A DNA stretch of 64,000 nt from Octopus sinensis. Its lineage: Eukaryota. Shown here piece after piece: positions 1 to 13,428 of this stretch (positions within the stretch are counted from its first letter, which is position 1; every line of letters begins with the position of its first letter). The notes beneath the pieces are model-generated. The model saw only the letters and a program-made list of their open reading frames with translations. It ran no database searches and was not told the origin of the DNA. Location of the stretch: assembly GCF_006345805.1 (NCBI RefSeq), contig NC_043002.1:101494001-101558000 (forward strand), given 5' to 3'. The position numbers were made by a program, and so were the translations under genes.

Positions 1-269
1 TTTAAAACCAGGCAATGTATTGAAAGGACACCCACACAGGTTGCATATCCGATTATGATCACCAGGAGCTGAAGTTAAGGACTGATCGCTGTGGACCTTA
101 AAATGTCCGTTAGATTTTGCTGACCTTATACACGGCATTGAAAGTTGGGCACAGATATATGGGCAGAATAGTTGATAGAAGCTCGTTCTTCATGAGCCTA
201 CAAATGAGATTTTGAGTCCAGCAAAAGAAGTATTATCTACGATCATCTCCCCCTCCCCACCACCACATC

Positions 270-503
270 CTTATTTCTTTACTACCCACAAGGGGCTAAA
301 CATAGAGGGGACAAACAAGGACAGACAAACGGATTAAGTCGATTACATCGACCCCCAGTGCGTAACTGGTACTTAATTTATCGACCCCGAAAGGATGAAA
401 GGCAAAGTCAACCTCGGCGGAATTTGAACTCAGAATGTAACGGCAGACGAAATACAGCTACGCATTTTGCCCGGCGTGCTAACGATTCTGCCAGCTCGCC
501 GCC
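270..503 (-). mobile_element. tRNA-derived SINE (family A)
   Basis: Reverse complement reads ggcggcgagctggcagaatcgttagcacgccggg...gagttcaaattccgccgagg (A/B-box-like head). The same sequence recurs at about 1965-2130, 16820-16960, 19230-19400, 31885, 35245-35415, 42410, 45510 and 45745. Confidence 0.8.
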
Positions 504-689
504 CACATCCTATGATGCTAGTCCCTCGGAGTCCGAGGTCAACGATTCAGCAACTCATCGCTGAACAACCAGCCCAAACGATCCAATGTCTGTGCCGTGC
601 GTGAGTTCAATCCCTCGATCAAATCGACGTTGCTTGAACGCTCTACCAAACACGGCGAGGTAAAGTCATCACAACATGAGATAAAGTCT

Positions 690-785
690 TCCGATCAAGA
701 CCGCAACCCACCATCCGGTCCAGGAATTGAAACCACGATCTTGCGATTGCGAGTACATCACCCTAACCACCGGGCCCTGCACGCT
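690..785 (-). mobile_element. tRNA-like SINE head (family C fragment)
   Basis: Minus strand ...gtggttagggtgatgtactcgcaatcgcaagatcgtggtttcaattcctggaccgg resembles the head at 38051. Confidence 0.5.
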
Positions 786-2763
786 CTCATACCAGCATCA
801 ATAAAACAAACTCTCCTTCTTTACCACTGTCGCCGCTGTCGTCACCACGTCTGCCACTCTCACTGCCACCACCATTCAACTCGAATCAACAAGAACAGCC
901 ACACCAGCACTTCCACCAACAACACTAAAAATACTACAAAGACCACCACAACCACCACCACCAGCAACAACAACAACAGCACCTCATTCCCCACTTCCAC
1001 TCCAACTACGACCAACCCTCTTTTTCCCACCACTACTTCCATTCTCACTACCACCACCACCACCATCACTGCCATAGTTCAATCTAGTAGAAGACAAAAG
1101 TCTATAATTAGAGGTAATCATTAGTTATAGTTAGTAGTTAATTGATTAAATCAAGTATTGACTGATTAAGTGTTTGTTTGGAACATTGGCTTTACAAAAT
1201 TATAGTCTTTGCTTTCTCTTCTATCTTTTTTATATGTTTTAGTGTTGAGGCAATGTCTGGCTTGGTGGCAACATCGGTATAATGCTCGAGTAAATAATGC
1301 TTCCTTATTTAAAGCGACATATCTTGAGTTCAAAGCTCACCCAGCTAAACAAATTTATTTTCAGAATCCAATAAGATCAATACCTGCTCCATATTAAAGT
1401 TGATATAATCGGTTCTGTCACTGTACGAGAAAGACTTTACTGTAGATAAAGGGCAAAGTTCTAAGTTCGAGTCACGCGAGGAGTCTTCTTAATTAAGATC
1501 AAGAAAACCAACTTTGTCACCTTTCTATAAAAGCCTTATCGTATATAAAAGCTTGCGTTTTAAGTTCGAATTACGTCAGGCTTAAGGTTAACTTCACCGC
1601 TTGTCTCTTAAGAGCCCTTAAAATCATGAAGTGCACCATATTCGATTTGACCACATCTTTGCAATCAAATCACTAGAAATACCTTATCAATTTCGAAATG
1701 TTACGTTCCGCGTTCCGATCCCACTGGGGACAAAATTTGGTTTTTTAATACTTCCTGAGTCGATAGAATCAATACCAGAAATGTATTGGTGACGAAACGA
1801 GACCCTACACCGTCCATAGGAAATGAGTAGAATGTACAAATAAATGCATCTTTTAGGTTGTATAGCCACAAGTAAAAAAAAAAAAATCGGGAAAACCGAG
1901 GATTAAAATCATTTTATAACATTCAAAGCCCATTGAGCCATTGCTTATGTAATAATAGAAGAAACGAAGGCGGCTCCATGGCACAATCACTAACGTGCCG
2001 CACACAATACTTAGCAGCTTTCCGTCAGTTTTTACGTTCTGATTTCAAATTCCATGGAGGTCGACTTTGCCTTCCATCTTTTCTGGGTCGATAAGATAAG
2101 TTCGAGTCGAGAACCAAGGTCAAATTAATTCGCTTATCTCTTCCTCCGGAATTCCTTTAGTTGTGTCAAAAGTTGAAATCAATATTAAGAGGACGCGAGA
2201 CAGAAACCGATGTGGGTTCATTTATGTCCACGTATTCTGGCGGTTAGGTAAAAGTGGCCGATAGAATAAGTCCCAAACTTAAGTAGTGCTGGGATCTGTT
2301 TGTTCGGCTGAACCATTCAAAGCCATGCCAGCATGAAAGAAACGAGAAAAAGAACAACGATGAAAGATATAATGCGGGCTCGCACGCCAGTGTGTGCGAG
2401 TGAATTACACACGATTTCATCAGAATTGTGAAAGCACGTGAAGACTATTACACACTTTTCCGTGTTGTCAAGTACTTTTGTGCTGTCCGTGCGCTGTTGT
2501 TCACCCTTTACTTTGTTCGTCCATTAATTTCGTGTTCAGTGTTGGATAATAGAGTATTCGACACCATAATAGAATTTAATAATATTTTATTTCGTCGAGG
2601 CATCGTCCTGCGAGGATCTTCGGTCAACTTACAACATTCCATTAATTTGACCAAATAATCTCTTCCGTCCGGCAATGGCTACGGGCTTGCATCCGTTTGG
2701 CGTTATCTGGAGATTCTGTGCATCGACAGACAAAACACTCAGTGGCTAGACCAAAAGAAAATA

Positions 2764-3031
2764 ACACACACACACACACGCACACTCACACATACACACA
2801 CACACACACAATATTTATACATACATACACACATATATATGTATATATATATATATATATATATGCTTATATATATATATGTATATATATGTATATATAT
2901 ATATATATGTATGTTTATATATATGTATATGTATATATATAACTATATATGTGTATTTATATATATATATGTGTGTGTATATATGTATATATATATATAT
3001 ACATATAAATACATGTATGTTTATATATATG

Positions 3032-3062
<31 letters not shown>

Positions 3063-3200
3063 GTATGTGTGTATAAGGACACAGAGGGAGTGCGGAAGTT
3101 CGATTCAGATTTCATGTATATGTGTGTACGTGTGGATGCATGTGCCTTTATGTATGTATGCGTGTGTGTGTGGGTTTGTGAGTATGTGTGTAATTGAAAG
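2764..3200. repeat. (CA)n/(TA)n/(TG)n compound microsatellite
   Basis: Directly visible dinucleotide runs. Confidence 0.95.
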
Positions 3201-4324
3201 ATAGGGCGATGGAGAGGGAGAGAGAGAGAGAGAGATGTGTGTGTTTGTGGGGGGAGGTGCAGTGAGATTTATGTTATTTCGACTAGTTCATTGTATTTGA
3301 AATATATAAGCATTTCCTTCAAAAGTATTTAGATAAAAGGCGTTGATTCATTAAAAGCAGATAAGACCAGTAGCGCCGCCGACGGAATATCAGACTAACA
3401 AGTGACCCGGAAGCTTCTGGTGATGGATCCTGGGCCAAGGAATGAAATAAAAGCAACCTCTTTGATCGTTTCTCACTGATAACTTTGAAATAATGTTTGT
3501 TTGTTTATGTGTCGTCTTTCTCCCTCCCACTGTCTTTCTCTCTCTCTCTCTCCTCTCACTAATCCTCCCTCCCTCTGTCTTTCTTTCTCTCTCTCTCTCT
3601 CTCCTCTCACTAATCCTCCCTCCCCCTATGTTATTAGCCAGACTAATTTGCAAAATGCCTACAAAGAATGTTTGATGTGATAAGTTAATATTTTACTTGC
3701 TAAACTGTTGGTTGGTTGGTTGGCCTCCTACCTCTTATCTCCCTTCAACTGCCACTACTACTCCCTATGTAAACTGTTTCAAATGAATTGGGAGTTGAAG
3801 TTATCAGACCTCGCATATATAACACACAGACACAGATGTGAAGATATACACTCGTATACATAGATACATGCACGCATACACACACACACACGTATATGTA
3901 GCTATACGTATGTATATAAAGAGAGATAAATAGATAGATTGATAGATGTAAATATAGGGTTAAAGAAGCAATTAACGTACCAATCTTATAGACTTATATA
4001 CAAAAATGTCGGATATAAGTACATATAATAGACATATGTATGCATCACAGAATGAGTGACGGACAGGCACACACACACACCTATGTAATATGCGTGTATT
4101 TGGCTTTTCGAACGCATCGATTATATGGTATTCAGATCGACAGACAAATAGGCAAACACATTTGCAATAAAATTGCGAATAGATGCATAAACACTCAAAT
4201 AATTACACAAATATACAATGACGTACATGCCTCCACGCATATGAAAGGAAGTGACGTCAATATGGGACAGCTAGTAGTTCTAGACGGCACATGTAGGCAC
4301 CTATAGACATACATAGCCATACAT

Positions 4325-4375
<51 letters not shown>

Positions 4376-4460
4376 GTATATATTAATAGTAACTGTAAGA
4401 TAACAAAAGAATGAAAGAGACCTCGATATTATGTAAGTAGAGGAATTCATCTATAATATA

Positions 4461-4636
4461 ATATGTGGAAATTACTCGGTTGCCATAATGTCGAGGCGGA
4501 AACCTGCTCCGGCATCTCGTCAGTTATCGAGGCAATCAAAAAATGCCTCGATAATTGACGAGATGCCGGAGCAGGTTTCCACCCTGACATCCGATACTCG
4601 GAGTCTTATTATGACAACCGAATAATTTCCACATAT
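4461..4636. mobile_element. Fold-back palindrome carrying a degenerate hammerhead motif, between (TA)n tracts
   Basis: Inner arms 4498-4534/4544-4580 (37 bp, 1 mismatch); outer arms 4461-4489/4608-4636. CTGACGA on - at 4517-4523; TTGACGA...GATA-CTCGGAG-TC on + at 4555-4605. Confidence 0.65.
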
Positions 4637-4650
4637 CATATTACAGATAA

Positions 4651-4686
<36 letters not shown>

Positions 4687-5239
4687 ATTTGTGTAACATT
4701 CTCCTTTTATTTCGGTCCTTGTTTTCGTATGCATTCGCTGCTTTCTTCCAAGGAATCTAATGCTCTTAGCTTTGTTTTGCCTTGGGTCTGGCCAGATTGG
4801 AGCACTTTCGAGTATAACCAGCCGAAATTGCAAAGATAATCTGGAACTCGACTGAGGAAAGAAAAATCCGAATGACCGGTCCTTGTTTTCTTCGTATCAT
4901 CTGTGTGGACGTTTTGCTGTCCTTTTTTTTTTATCGCCAAACTGTCTGGAAGTTTCGCGTTCGTGCCCCATTTTTGCATTTTTATATATACATACATACC
5001 TACTTGGTGAGTGCTACAGCTTCACAGATGATTGCAATTTCACTGAGCTTCCTCACTGTCAATGTCATTTCTGACAAACCATCCATGACCTTCCAGGTGA
5101 TTATTCAATCTAGCTGCAAATATGAATGGTTTCAAACAAAGGTGAGAGGCGAAAATCGTAAACTCCACCGGATTTATTGTATCAAGTTGTGAGAGATAAA
5201 CTCTTCGAAACGCCACACGCATTTACTTACACATACACA

Positions 5240-5326
5240 TCGCCGTCATCATCATCGTCATCACCATCATCATCATCGTCATCACCATTGTCATCAAAGT
5301 TGTCATCGTCGTCGTCGTCATCATCG

Positions 5327-5357
<31 letters not shown>

Positions 5358-5584
5358 AGTCATCATAATCGTCATCATCATCATCATCATCATCATCACC
5401 ATCATTATCGTCATCGTCATCGTCGTCGTCATCATCATCATTATCATCAACGTCATCATCATTGTCGGTTCGTCGTCATCATCTTCATCATCATCACCAC
5501 CACCACCACCACCACCATCATCATCATCGTCATCATCGTCATCATCATCATCTTCATCATCATCACTATCATCACCATCATCAC

Positions 5585-5634
<50 letters not shown>

Positions 5635-5666
5635 ACACCACCATCATCATCATCACCTCCACTACC

Positions 5667-5700
<34 letters not shown>

Positions 5701-5707
5701 ACATCAT

Positions 5708-5765
<58 letters not shown>

Positions 5766-6499
5766 GTCATCATCATCATCATCTCCTCTAACTTACTACT
5801 GTCGTTATGTCTGTTTGATGATGTTCAACTTCAATCAGATTTGATTAAGGTTCTGCAAAATATTATAAAGAGTTATTTTATTGTAATTTTTTTTTTTTCA
5901 TATTCTGATTTTGGTTCGTTTTTTTACTTTAATTGTTTTTTCTCATTCATGTCAAGCATTTATTTATTTTTCCGCTTATTTATTTTGTTTATGAGATCGT
6001 GGTTGCAGCAGCAACATCAGCATCAAAACCATCATCACCATCAACAGAAACAACAGCAGCAGCAGTAGCAGTGACAATAACAACAGCTTACCCAACATCT
6101 CCATTTCCACCGCCGCCACTACCAGCACCACCACGATCATCATCATCGTCATCATCATCATCCTCATCATCATCATCATCTTCATCATCATCCTCATCCT
6201 CATCGTCATCATCATCATCATCATCATCATCGTCATCATCATCATCATCGTCATCATCATCGTCATCATCATCATCATCATCATCGTCATAGTCATCCTT
6301 CTCCTCCTCCTCCACCTCCTCATCATCATCGTCGTCATCATCATCATCATCATCATCGCCATCATACCATCAACAACATCGTCATCATCATTATCTTCAT
6401 CATCATCATCATCAACATCGTCATCATCATCATCATCATCGTCATCATCATCAACATAGTCATCATCATCATCATCATCATCATCGTCGACATTGCCGC

Positions 6500-6554
<55 letters not shown>

Positions 6555-6558
6555 GTCG

Positions 6559-6589
<31 letters not shown>

Positions 6590-6590
6590 T

Positions 6591-6626
<36 letters not shown>

Positions 6627-6888
6627 GTCATCATCATCGTCATCATCATCATCATCATCGTCATAGTCATCCTTCTCCTCCTCCTCCACCTCCTCATCAT
6701 CATCGTCGTCATCATCATCATCATCATCATCGCCATCATACCATCAACAACATCGTCATCATCATTATCTTCATCATCAATCATCATCATCACATCGTCA
6801 TCATCATCATCATCATCGTCATCATCATCGTCATCATCATCACCATAGTCATCATCATCATCATCATCATCATCGTCGACATTGCCGC

Positions 6889-6941
<53 letters not shown>

Positions 6942-7197
6942 ATCATCATCGTCCATCATCATCATCATCATCGTCATAGTCATCCTTCTCCTCTCCTCCA
7001 CCTCCTCATCATCATCGTCGTCATCATCATCATCATCATCATCGCCATCATACATCAACAACATCGTCATCATCATATCTCATCATCATCATCATCATCA
7101 ACATCGTCATCATCATCATCATCATCGTCATCATCATCGTCATCATCATCAACATAGTCATCATCATCATCATCATCATCATCGTCGACATTGCCGC

Positions 7198-7252
<55 letters not shown>

Positions 7253-7280
7253 GTCGTCATCATTATCGTCATCATCATCG
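5240..7280. repeat. Very long (CAT)n/(CGT)n/(CAC)n trinucleotide array with higher-order duplications
   Basis: Visible runs. Unique markers agtcatccttctcctc at 6291/6665/6978 and gacattgccgcc at 6489/6878/7187. Confidence 0.95.
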
Positions 7281-7347
7281 TTAGCCGTAGAAACAAGGCA
7301 ACAGTTGCAGTTTGTGGTGAAAACTATTCACAAAGCTGCTCGCATGT

Positions 7348-7393
<46 letters not shown>

Positions 7394-7848
7394 ATCAGAC
7401 CCGTTTGCGGCACAATTACAGCCAGCGTTGTTATGCGTCTGTTTAATGTGATTAAACTATTTGCTTAGTGAGGCTAATTAAAGCGTTTCATAATTTTTTT
7501 TTATGAATGTATATACATGAATGTGTGTATATGTTTGTAATTATGCTTAGATATGTTATTTTGTGTACGAGTGTGTGTGTGTGTGTAACAGTGTTTGTGT
7601 GTGCGTGTGTGTGTGTGTAACAGTGTTTGTGTGTGCGTGTGTGTGTGTGCGTGTGTGTATGTGTGTGTATGCATGTGTATGTCTGAGCGTGTTTCACACG
7701 TTGTAACAGTGTGCGTGCTTGTATGGGTATCAGTGTTTGCATTTTATGTGTGTATATATATATGTATATATATAAATATATATTATTATATATATATATA
7801 TAATGATTATATATATATATATATATTATCCACACACACACCACACAC

Positions 7849-7880
<32 letters not shown>

Positions 7881-8200
7881 GTGTGTGTGCGTGTGTGTTT
7901 CTGCGAGTGTGTGCTAATGTAATTTCTATTAAGTTTGGAATTTATTAAAATCTCGGGAGAAAAACTGTGACATGATTGAAATATTTTTTCAATAATCGAA
8001 TCTTTTAGCCATCGTACAAGCACACACACACAATAACACACACGCGCACACATACTCACACACGCACACATATCACATTCCCATAGACACATACACATAA
8101 AAACACCCACCCTAATACACCTGCTCTCCACACACATAATCCTGTGTAAGCTCCAGAAAGAGGTCGAAATAGATATGTGTCTATATGTGCAAAGAATAGA

Positions 8201-8234
<34 letters not shown>

Positions 8235-9016
8235 ACACACAAACACACACACATATGTATAGTGAGAGAGAATGAGAGAAAGAGAGATGTGGAGCGAATG
8301 CATGAGTATGTGATTAAGAAGCTCTTTTTACAACGACATGGTTTCGGGTTCTGTTCCACAGCGCAGCACCTTGGTCACGTGTCTTCGTTCTATGGCCTCA
8401 GACCGTCCAGTGTTTTTAGAGAGTTAATTGGATAGACGAAAACAAACTAGACTACCCGTGACCCGTTGGGCCACCGAGAAGCTCTGAGTTTCCCAGCAAC
8501 GAAGTTTTGTTTTGTAGGTTTTCTTGCTTCTTTTCCAGGTTATTTCGCATGATTTCAATGAATATGACATCGAAATCACGCGTAAACGTCTTCTTTACCC
8601 AGAAACGGAAAGATTTAGCTGCTATTTCTTGCACGCCCTGCTACCACGTTACAGGTATTTCGGGTTTATTATCGCAAATAGCGGTTACTCGATAGCAGAG
8701 TGTGCTCGAAATAGCAGCTAAATAATTGGAGGTGAGATAGTTTGAATGCACTCGAAAAGATCTTATGAACAAATTATTCCACAATGAGATTACGAACGGT
8801 TCTTTTGCAAAATATTGACGGTATTTTAAAAGTCATTTTCACCTTAAAATAGTTTTTAAATACCCCAAAAATATTTTTTGTTGTGGTACGAACTTGAAAG
8901 TAATTTGAAAAAAAAAAAACATTAAATTATTGTCTATTGAAAGAAAGCTAAAATATAAATACTTACTGTACGAACAATTTTGAAATCACATTCTCTTTTT
9001 TTCTTTTTTTTTTAAT

Positions 9017-9385
9017 TGTTTCAGTCATGTGACAGTGGCCATGCTGGAGCACCACCTTTAGTCGACCAAATCGACCCGAGCACTTATTCTTTGTAAGCCT
9101 AGTACTTATTCTATCGGTCTCTTTTACCGGACCGCTAAGTTACGGGGACGTAAACACACCAGCATCGTTTGTCAAGCGATGTTGGGACGACAAGCACAGA
9201 CACACAAACAAACACACACATGTATATATACATATATACGACGGGCTTCTTTCAGTTTCCGTCTACCAAATCCACTCACAAGGCTTTGGTCGGCCCGAGG
9301 CTATAGTAGTAGGTGCCACGCAGTGGGACTGAACCCGGAACCATGTGATTTGTAAGCAAGTTACTTACCACACAGCCACTCCTAC
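9017..9385 (-). mobile_element. tRNA-derived SINE (family B) with internal (TA)/(TG) tract
   Basis: Reverse complement aligns along its length with 58561-58950 (gtggctgtgtggtaag...gggttcagtcccactgcgtggcacc...gtgctccagcatggcc...gactgaaaca). Confidence 0.8.
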
Positions 9386-10519
9386 ACCTTAAAAATATTT
9401 CTAAATGATTAGAATAACGTGTTTAACAAAAGTGAAAATAGAAACATCTACTATAAAAAACAAACCGTATTGTTTTCGTTGTCAAGTTACTATGTCTAAT
9501 CGAAAGATAAGAGTTACTTCCCTTTCCGGGGTAAGTTATTTTCGGCTAATTTTCCCATTATGAACAGTTTTTGGGTATTTATACCGCGGAAACCCCTAAT
9601 GTGTCAAGTGTCAAGGACATGTCCGATTTACGCGAAACCTACTTTATTCCATTCATGTTCACATTTCAGGGCAACTTAATTCATAGTATTTTGCCATTAT
9701 GCGCCAGTTTAGCTGAGTAACGTCGCAAGCAAGGAAACAAGCAAGCAAGCAAGCAAGCAAGCAAGAGTCAAGCTCACTTTTAATGTAACATAGCTGCATA
9801 TATACACACACAGATGTGTTTATGTATATGTGTGTATGTTTCTATGTTGGTCTTTCTACCGGTCACCGCTTGATAAGCGGTTCGTCAAAAATGACCGATA
9901 GCAGAATTACTGGTGTCGATTCGATCGACAAAAACCCGCTAAAACAGTGCTCCAGCATGACAGTAGTACAAGGATGGAAGCAAATCAAAGATAAACGATA
10001 AGATGCCAACTTTTTCGAAGTCTCATGCGGCTACTACTAAAAATTTGAACTCATCCATCGGCAGCGATGCTTCATAGATACTAATATAACAAGATATGAA
10101 TCGGTGTCGTATCAATCGAGATTCTAAAATATTCATACTATGTCTCCGAGTCTAGCTTAGTTCTGTTTCTCTGTTAATTGCTTATTTGCGATCGTTTATG
10201 ATGTTTATAGTTTTCATTTTAAAATACACCCCTTTTGTCTCAAACATAGTAGCTACACTAAAACTATAGAAGAGCACAAAATCCATCTTCTACAGACAAA
10301 GAAAATTATCACATCTCAAGGAAATGTTAATCCAAAAAATAATAAATTGGAGCTGAAAAAAATTGTTATACTTAATCACAAAATATGTCCTCAGACATTC
10401 ATCCAGGCAGGTAAATAAGTAGCATGTTATGTAGATATGCAGTTGCATAGCGATGTGTATCTAAAGTCAATAAAAAACTTAGAAGCAACGTAACATATAG
10501 GTTTATAGATGTGTGTATG

Positions 10520-10577
<58 letters not shown>

Positions 10578-10795
10578 GTATATAGTAATCCAAACATGAA
10601 AACACAAAGAGAAAACACAACAACGCGAGGCGTGGAACAAATATAGTATATTGGACGCTCAGGAAGGAAGGGCAGAAGGAAACATAGGAGACGGAAAGAT
10701 CCAGAGAAGGGAAGACAGAGGGAAAAAATCGCCAACGGTACACACGCGGACACATTTTGAATATAATATATATATATATATCTATTATATATATG

Positions 10796-10835
<40 letters not shown>

Positions 10836-11399
10836 GTACATAGTAAGATAGGGGTTATGGGTATATTTCTCCAATATACTGTTGGTAAAGTACCCAGATT
10901 CTTAATACATAAATGTTTTTAATTATAATGCATTGACTCATTTATGTATTAAACGGGTGAAGGTAAAGAAATATTTTTACCGTAAATTTATAATACAATG
11001 AAGAAACAAATAAATAATCCAACACTATAAGATCCGAAAGTTGATGAATAAACATTTTTTGTTTCTCCATTTTCTTATTTATATTATATATATATATTAT
11101 ATATATATATATCCGTAATAATGAAGGGTGAAATTAATTAATTTGGAATAATTATCAATTACACCAAGTAGTCTTCGGATGTAAAAGCCTCATTTGAGGA
11201 AAATTTAAGTAATACTAAGCAATAAGGGTTCAGCAACGAGTTGCCTACCACATACCGAATTTAGAATAGCAGTCAAAGGGTTATAGCTATTTCTTCCACT
11301 AAAAAGGGAGATCTCAGTAAAAACAGCAATTGGAAGGCTGACACAAACAGGTAAGAGAGAATGAATTAACCGCAATCTATCAAACATTTTTAAAAGTTA

Positions 11400-11504
11400 T
11401 CCACGGACGTACGTTTCGAAATCAAGTTTTAGGAAAGCATAGAATTAAAATATTAAATATTAAATAATTCTATCTTACCGAAACTTCTTTTCTCTCAGCG
11501 TGGA
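11400..11504 (-). ncRNA. Type I hammerhead ribozyme, inverted copy (N7 deleted in core)
   Basis: Minus strand TCCACG CTGA-GA GAAAAGAAGTTT...AAACTTGATTTC GAAA C GTAC G TC CGTGGA. Confidence 0.6.
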
Positions 11505-12119
11505 ATACTATAATCATAAATGATTATATATTGAATTTTGAGATACTAGGAGGTACCAACTCAACTCAGTATCAGAGCGAGCTAGAATCCTCAACTAGTA
11601 TCACCGAATTCAAATTTGTGAATGAAACGATTGTGTCAATTGATAGATTGCGGTTAATTCATTCTCTCTTACCTGTTTGTGTCAGCCTTCCAATTGCTGT
11701 TTTTACTGAGATCTCCTTTTTAGTGGAAGATAAATCTATAACCCTTTGACTGGCTATTTCTAAATTCGGTATGTGGTAAGGCAACTCGTTGCTGAACCCT
11801 TATTGCTTAGTATTACTTAAATTTTCCTCAAATGAGGCGTTTACATGCCGAAGACTACTTGGTGTAATTGATAATTATTCCAAATTAATTATTTCACCCT
11901 TCATTATACGGATAACCATATTTTATCTCAGTAGATGACTACAGCATCTTTTTTTTGGCTACACGCGGGTGGGAAGGGGCTGTTGACACAATCGTTTCAT
12001 TCACAAATTTGAATTCGGTGATACTAGTTGAGGATTCTAGCTCGCTCTGATACTGAGTTGAGTTGGTACCTCCTAGTATCTCAAAATTCAAAATATATAA
12101 TCATTTATGATTATAGTAT

Positions 12120-12225
12120 TCCACGCTGAAGAGAAAAGAAGTTTCGGTAAGATAGAATTATTTAATATTTAATATTTTAATCTTATGCTTTCCTAAAACT
12201 TGATTTCGAAACGTACGTCCGTGGA
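12120..12225 (+). ncRNA. Type I hammerhead ribozyme, array copy 1
   Basis: Stem I TCCACG/CGTGGA; core CTGAAGA 12126-12132; extended stem II (GAAA/TTTC, AAGTTT/AAACTT, AGAATTA/TAATTCT); GAAA 12208-12211; stem III C-GTAC-G with palindromic loop; GUC cleavage triplet 12217-12219. Confidence 0.85.
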
Positions 12226-12721
12226 TAACTTTTAAAAATGTTTGATAGATTGCGGTTAATTCATTCTCTCTCTTACCTGTTTGTGTCAGCCTTCCAATTG
12301 CTGTTTTTACTGAGATCTCCCTTTTTAGTGGAAGAAATAGCTATAACCCTTTGACTGCTATTTCTAAAATCGGTATGTGGTAAGGCAACTCGTTGCTGAA
12401 CCCTTATTGCTTAGTATTACTTAAATTTTCCTCAAATGAGGCTTTTACCATGCCGAAGACTACTTGGTGTAATTGATAATTTTCCAAATTAATTAATTTC
12501 ACCCTTCATTATTACGGATAACCATATTTTATCTCAGTAGATGACACAGCATCTTGTTTTGGCTACACGCGGGTGGGAAGGCTGTTGTTGACACAATCGT
12601 TTCATTCACAAATTTGAATTCGGTGATACTAGTTGAGGATTCTAGCTCGCTCTGATACTGAGTTGAGTTGGTACCTCCTAGTATCTCAAAATTCAATATA
12701 TATCATTTATGATTATAGTAT

Positions 12722-12828
12722 TCCACGCTGAAGAGAAAAGAAGTTTCGGTAAGATAGAATTATTTAATATTTAATATTTTAATTCTTATGCTTTCCTAAA
12801 ACTTGATTTCGAAACGTACGTCCGTGGA
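12722..12828 (+). ncRNA. Type I hammerhead ribozyme, array copy 2
   Basis: Same motif; CTGAAGA 12728, GAAACGTACGTC 12811-12822. Confidence 0.85.
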
Positions 12829-13322
12829 TAACTTTTAAAAATGTTTGATAGATTGCGGTTAATTCATTCTCTCTTACCTGTTTGTGTCAGCCTTCCAATT
12901 GCTGTTTTTACTGAGATCTCCCTTTTTAGTGGAAGAAATAGCTATAACCCTTTGACTGCTATTTCTAAATTCGGTATGTGGTAAGGCAACTCGTTGCTGA
13001 ACCCTTATTGCTTAGTATTACTTAAATTTTCCTCAAATGAGGCTTTTACATGCCGAAGACTACTTGGTGTAATTGATAATTATTCAAATTAATTAATTTC
13101 ACCTTCATTATTACGGATAAAACCATATTTTATCTCAGTAGATGACTACAGCATCTTGTTTTGGCTACACGCGGGTGGGAAGGGGCTGTTGACACAATCG
13201 TTTCATTCACAAATTTGAATTCGGTGATACTAGTTGAGGATTCTAGCTCGCTCTGATACTGAGTTGATTTGGTACCTCCTAGTATCTCAAAATTCAATAT
13301 ATAATCATTATGATTATAGTAT

Positions 13323-13428
13323 TCCACGCTGAAGAGAAAAGAAGTTTCGGTAAGATAGAATTATTTAATATTTATATTTTAATTCTTATGCTTTCCTAAA
13401 ACTTGATTTCGAAACGTACGTCCGTGGA
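13323..13428 (+). ncRNA. Type I hammerhead ribozyme, array copy 3
   Basis: Same motif; CTGAAGA 13329, GAAACGTACGTC 13411-13422. Confidence 0.85.

Noticed and set aside
4846-4885. CTGAGGA..TCC-GAAT-GACCGGTC hammerhead-like string
   Set aside because: GAAT instead of GAAA and no stem I pairing.
5177-7451. Long poly-His/Asp/Ser/Met ORFs
   Set aside because: Translations of (CAT)n; no splice structure or non-repetitive coding signal.
12430-12465. Second hammerhead-like motif in the unit (CAAATGA-GGC..GCC-GAAG)
   Set aside because: Core lacks CTGA and GAAA, with no stem I/III; at most a vestige.
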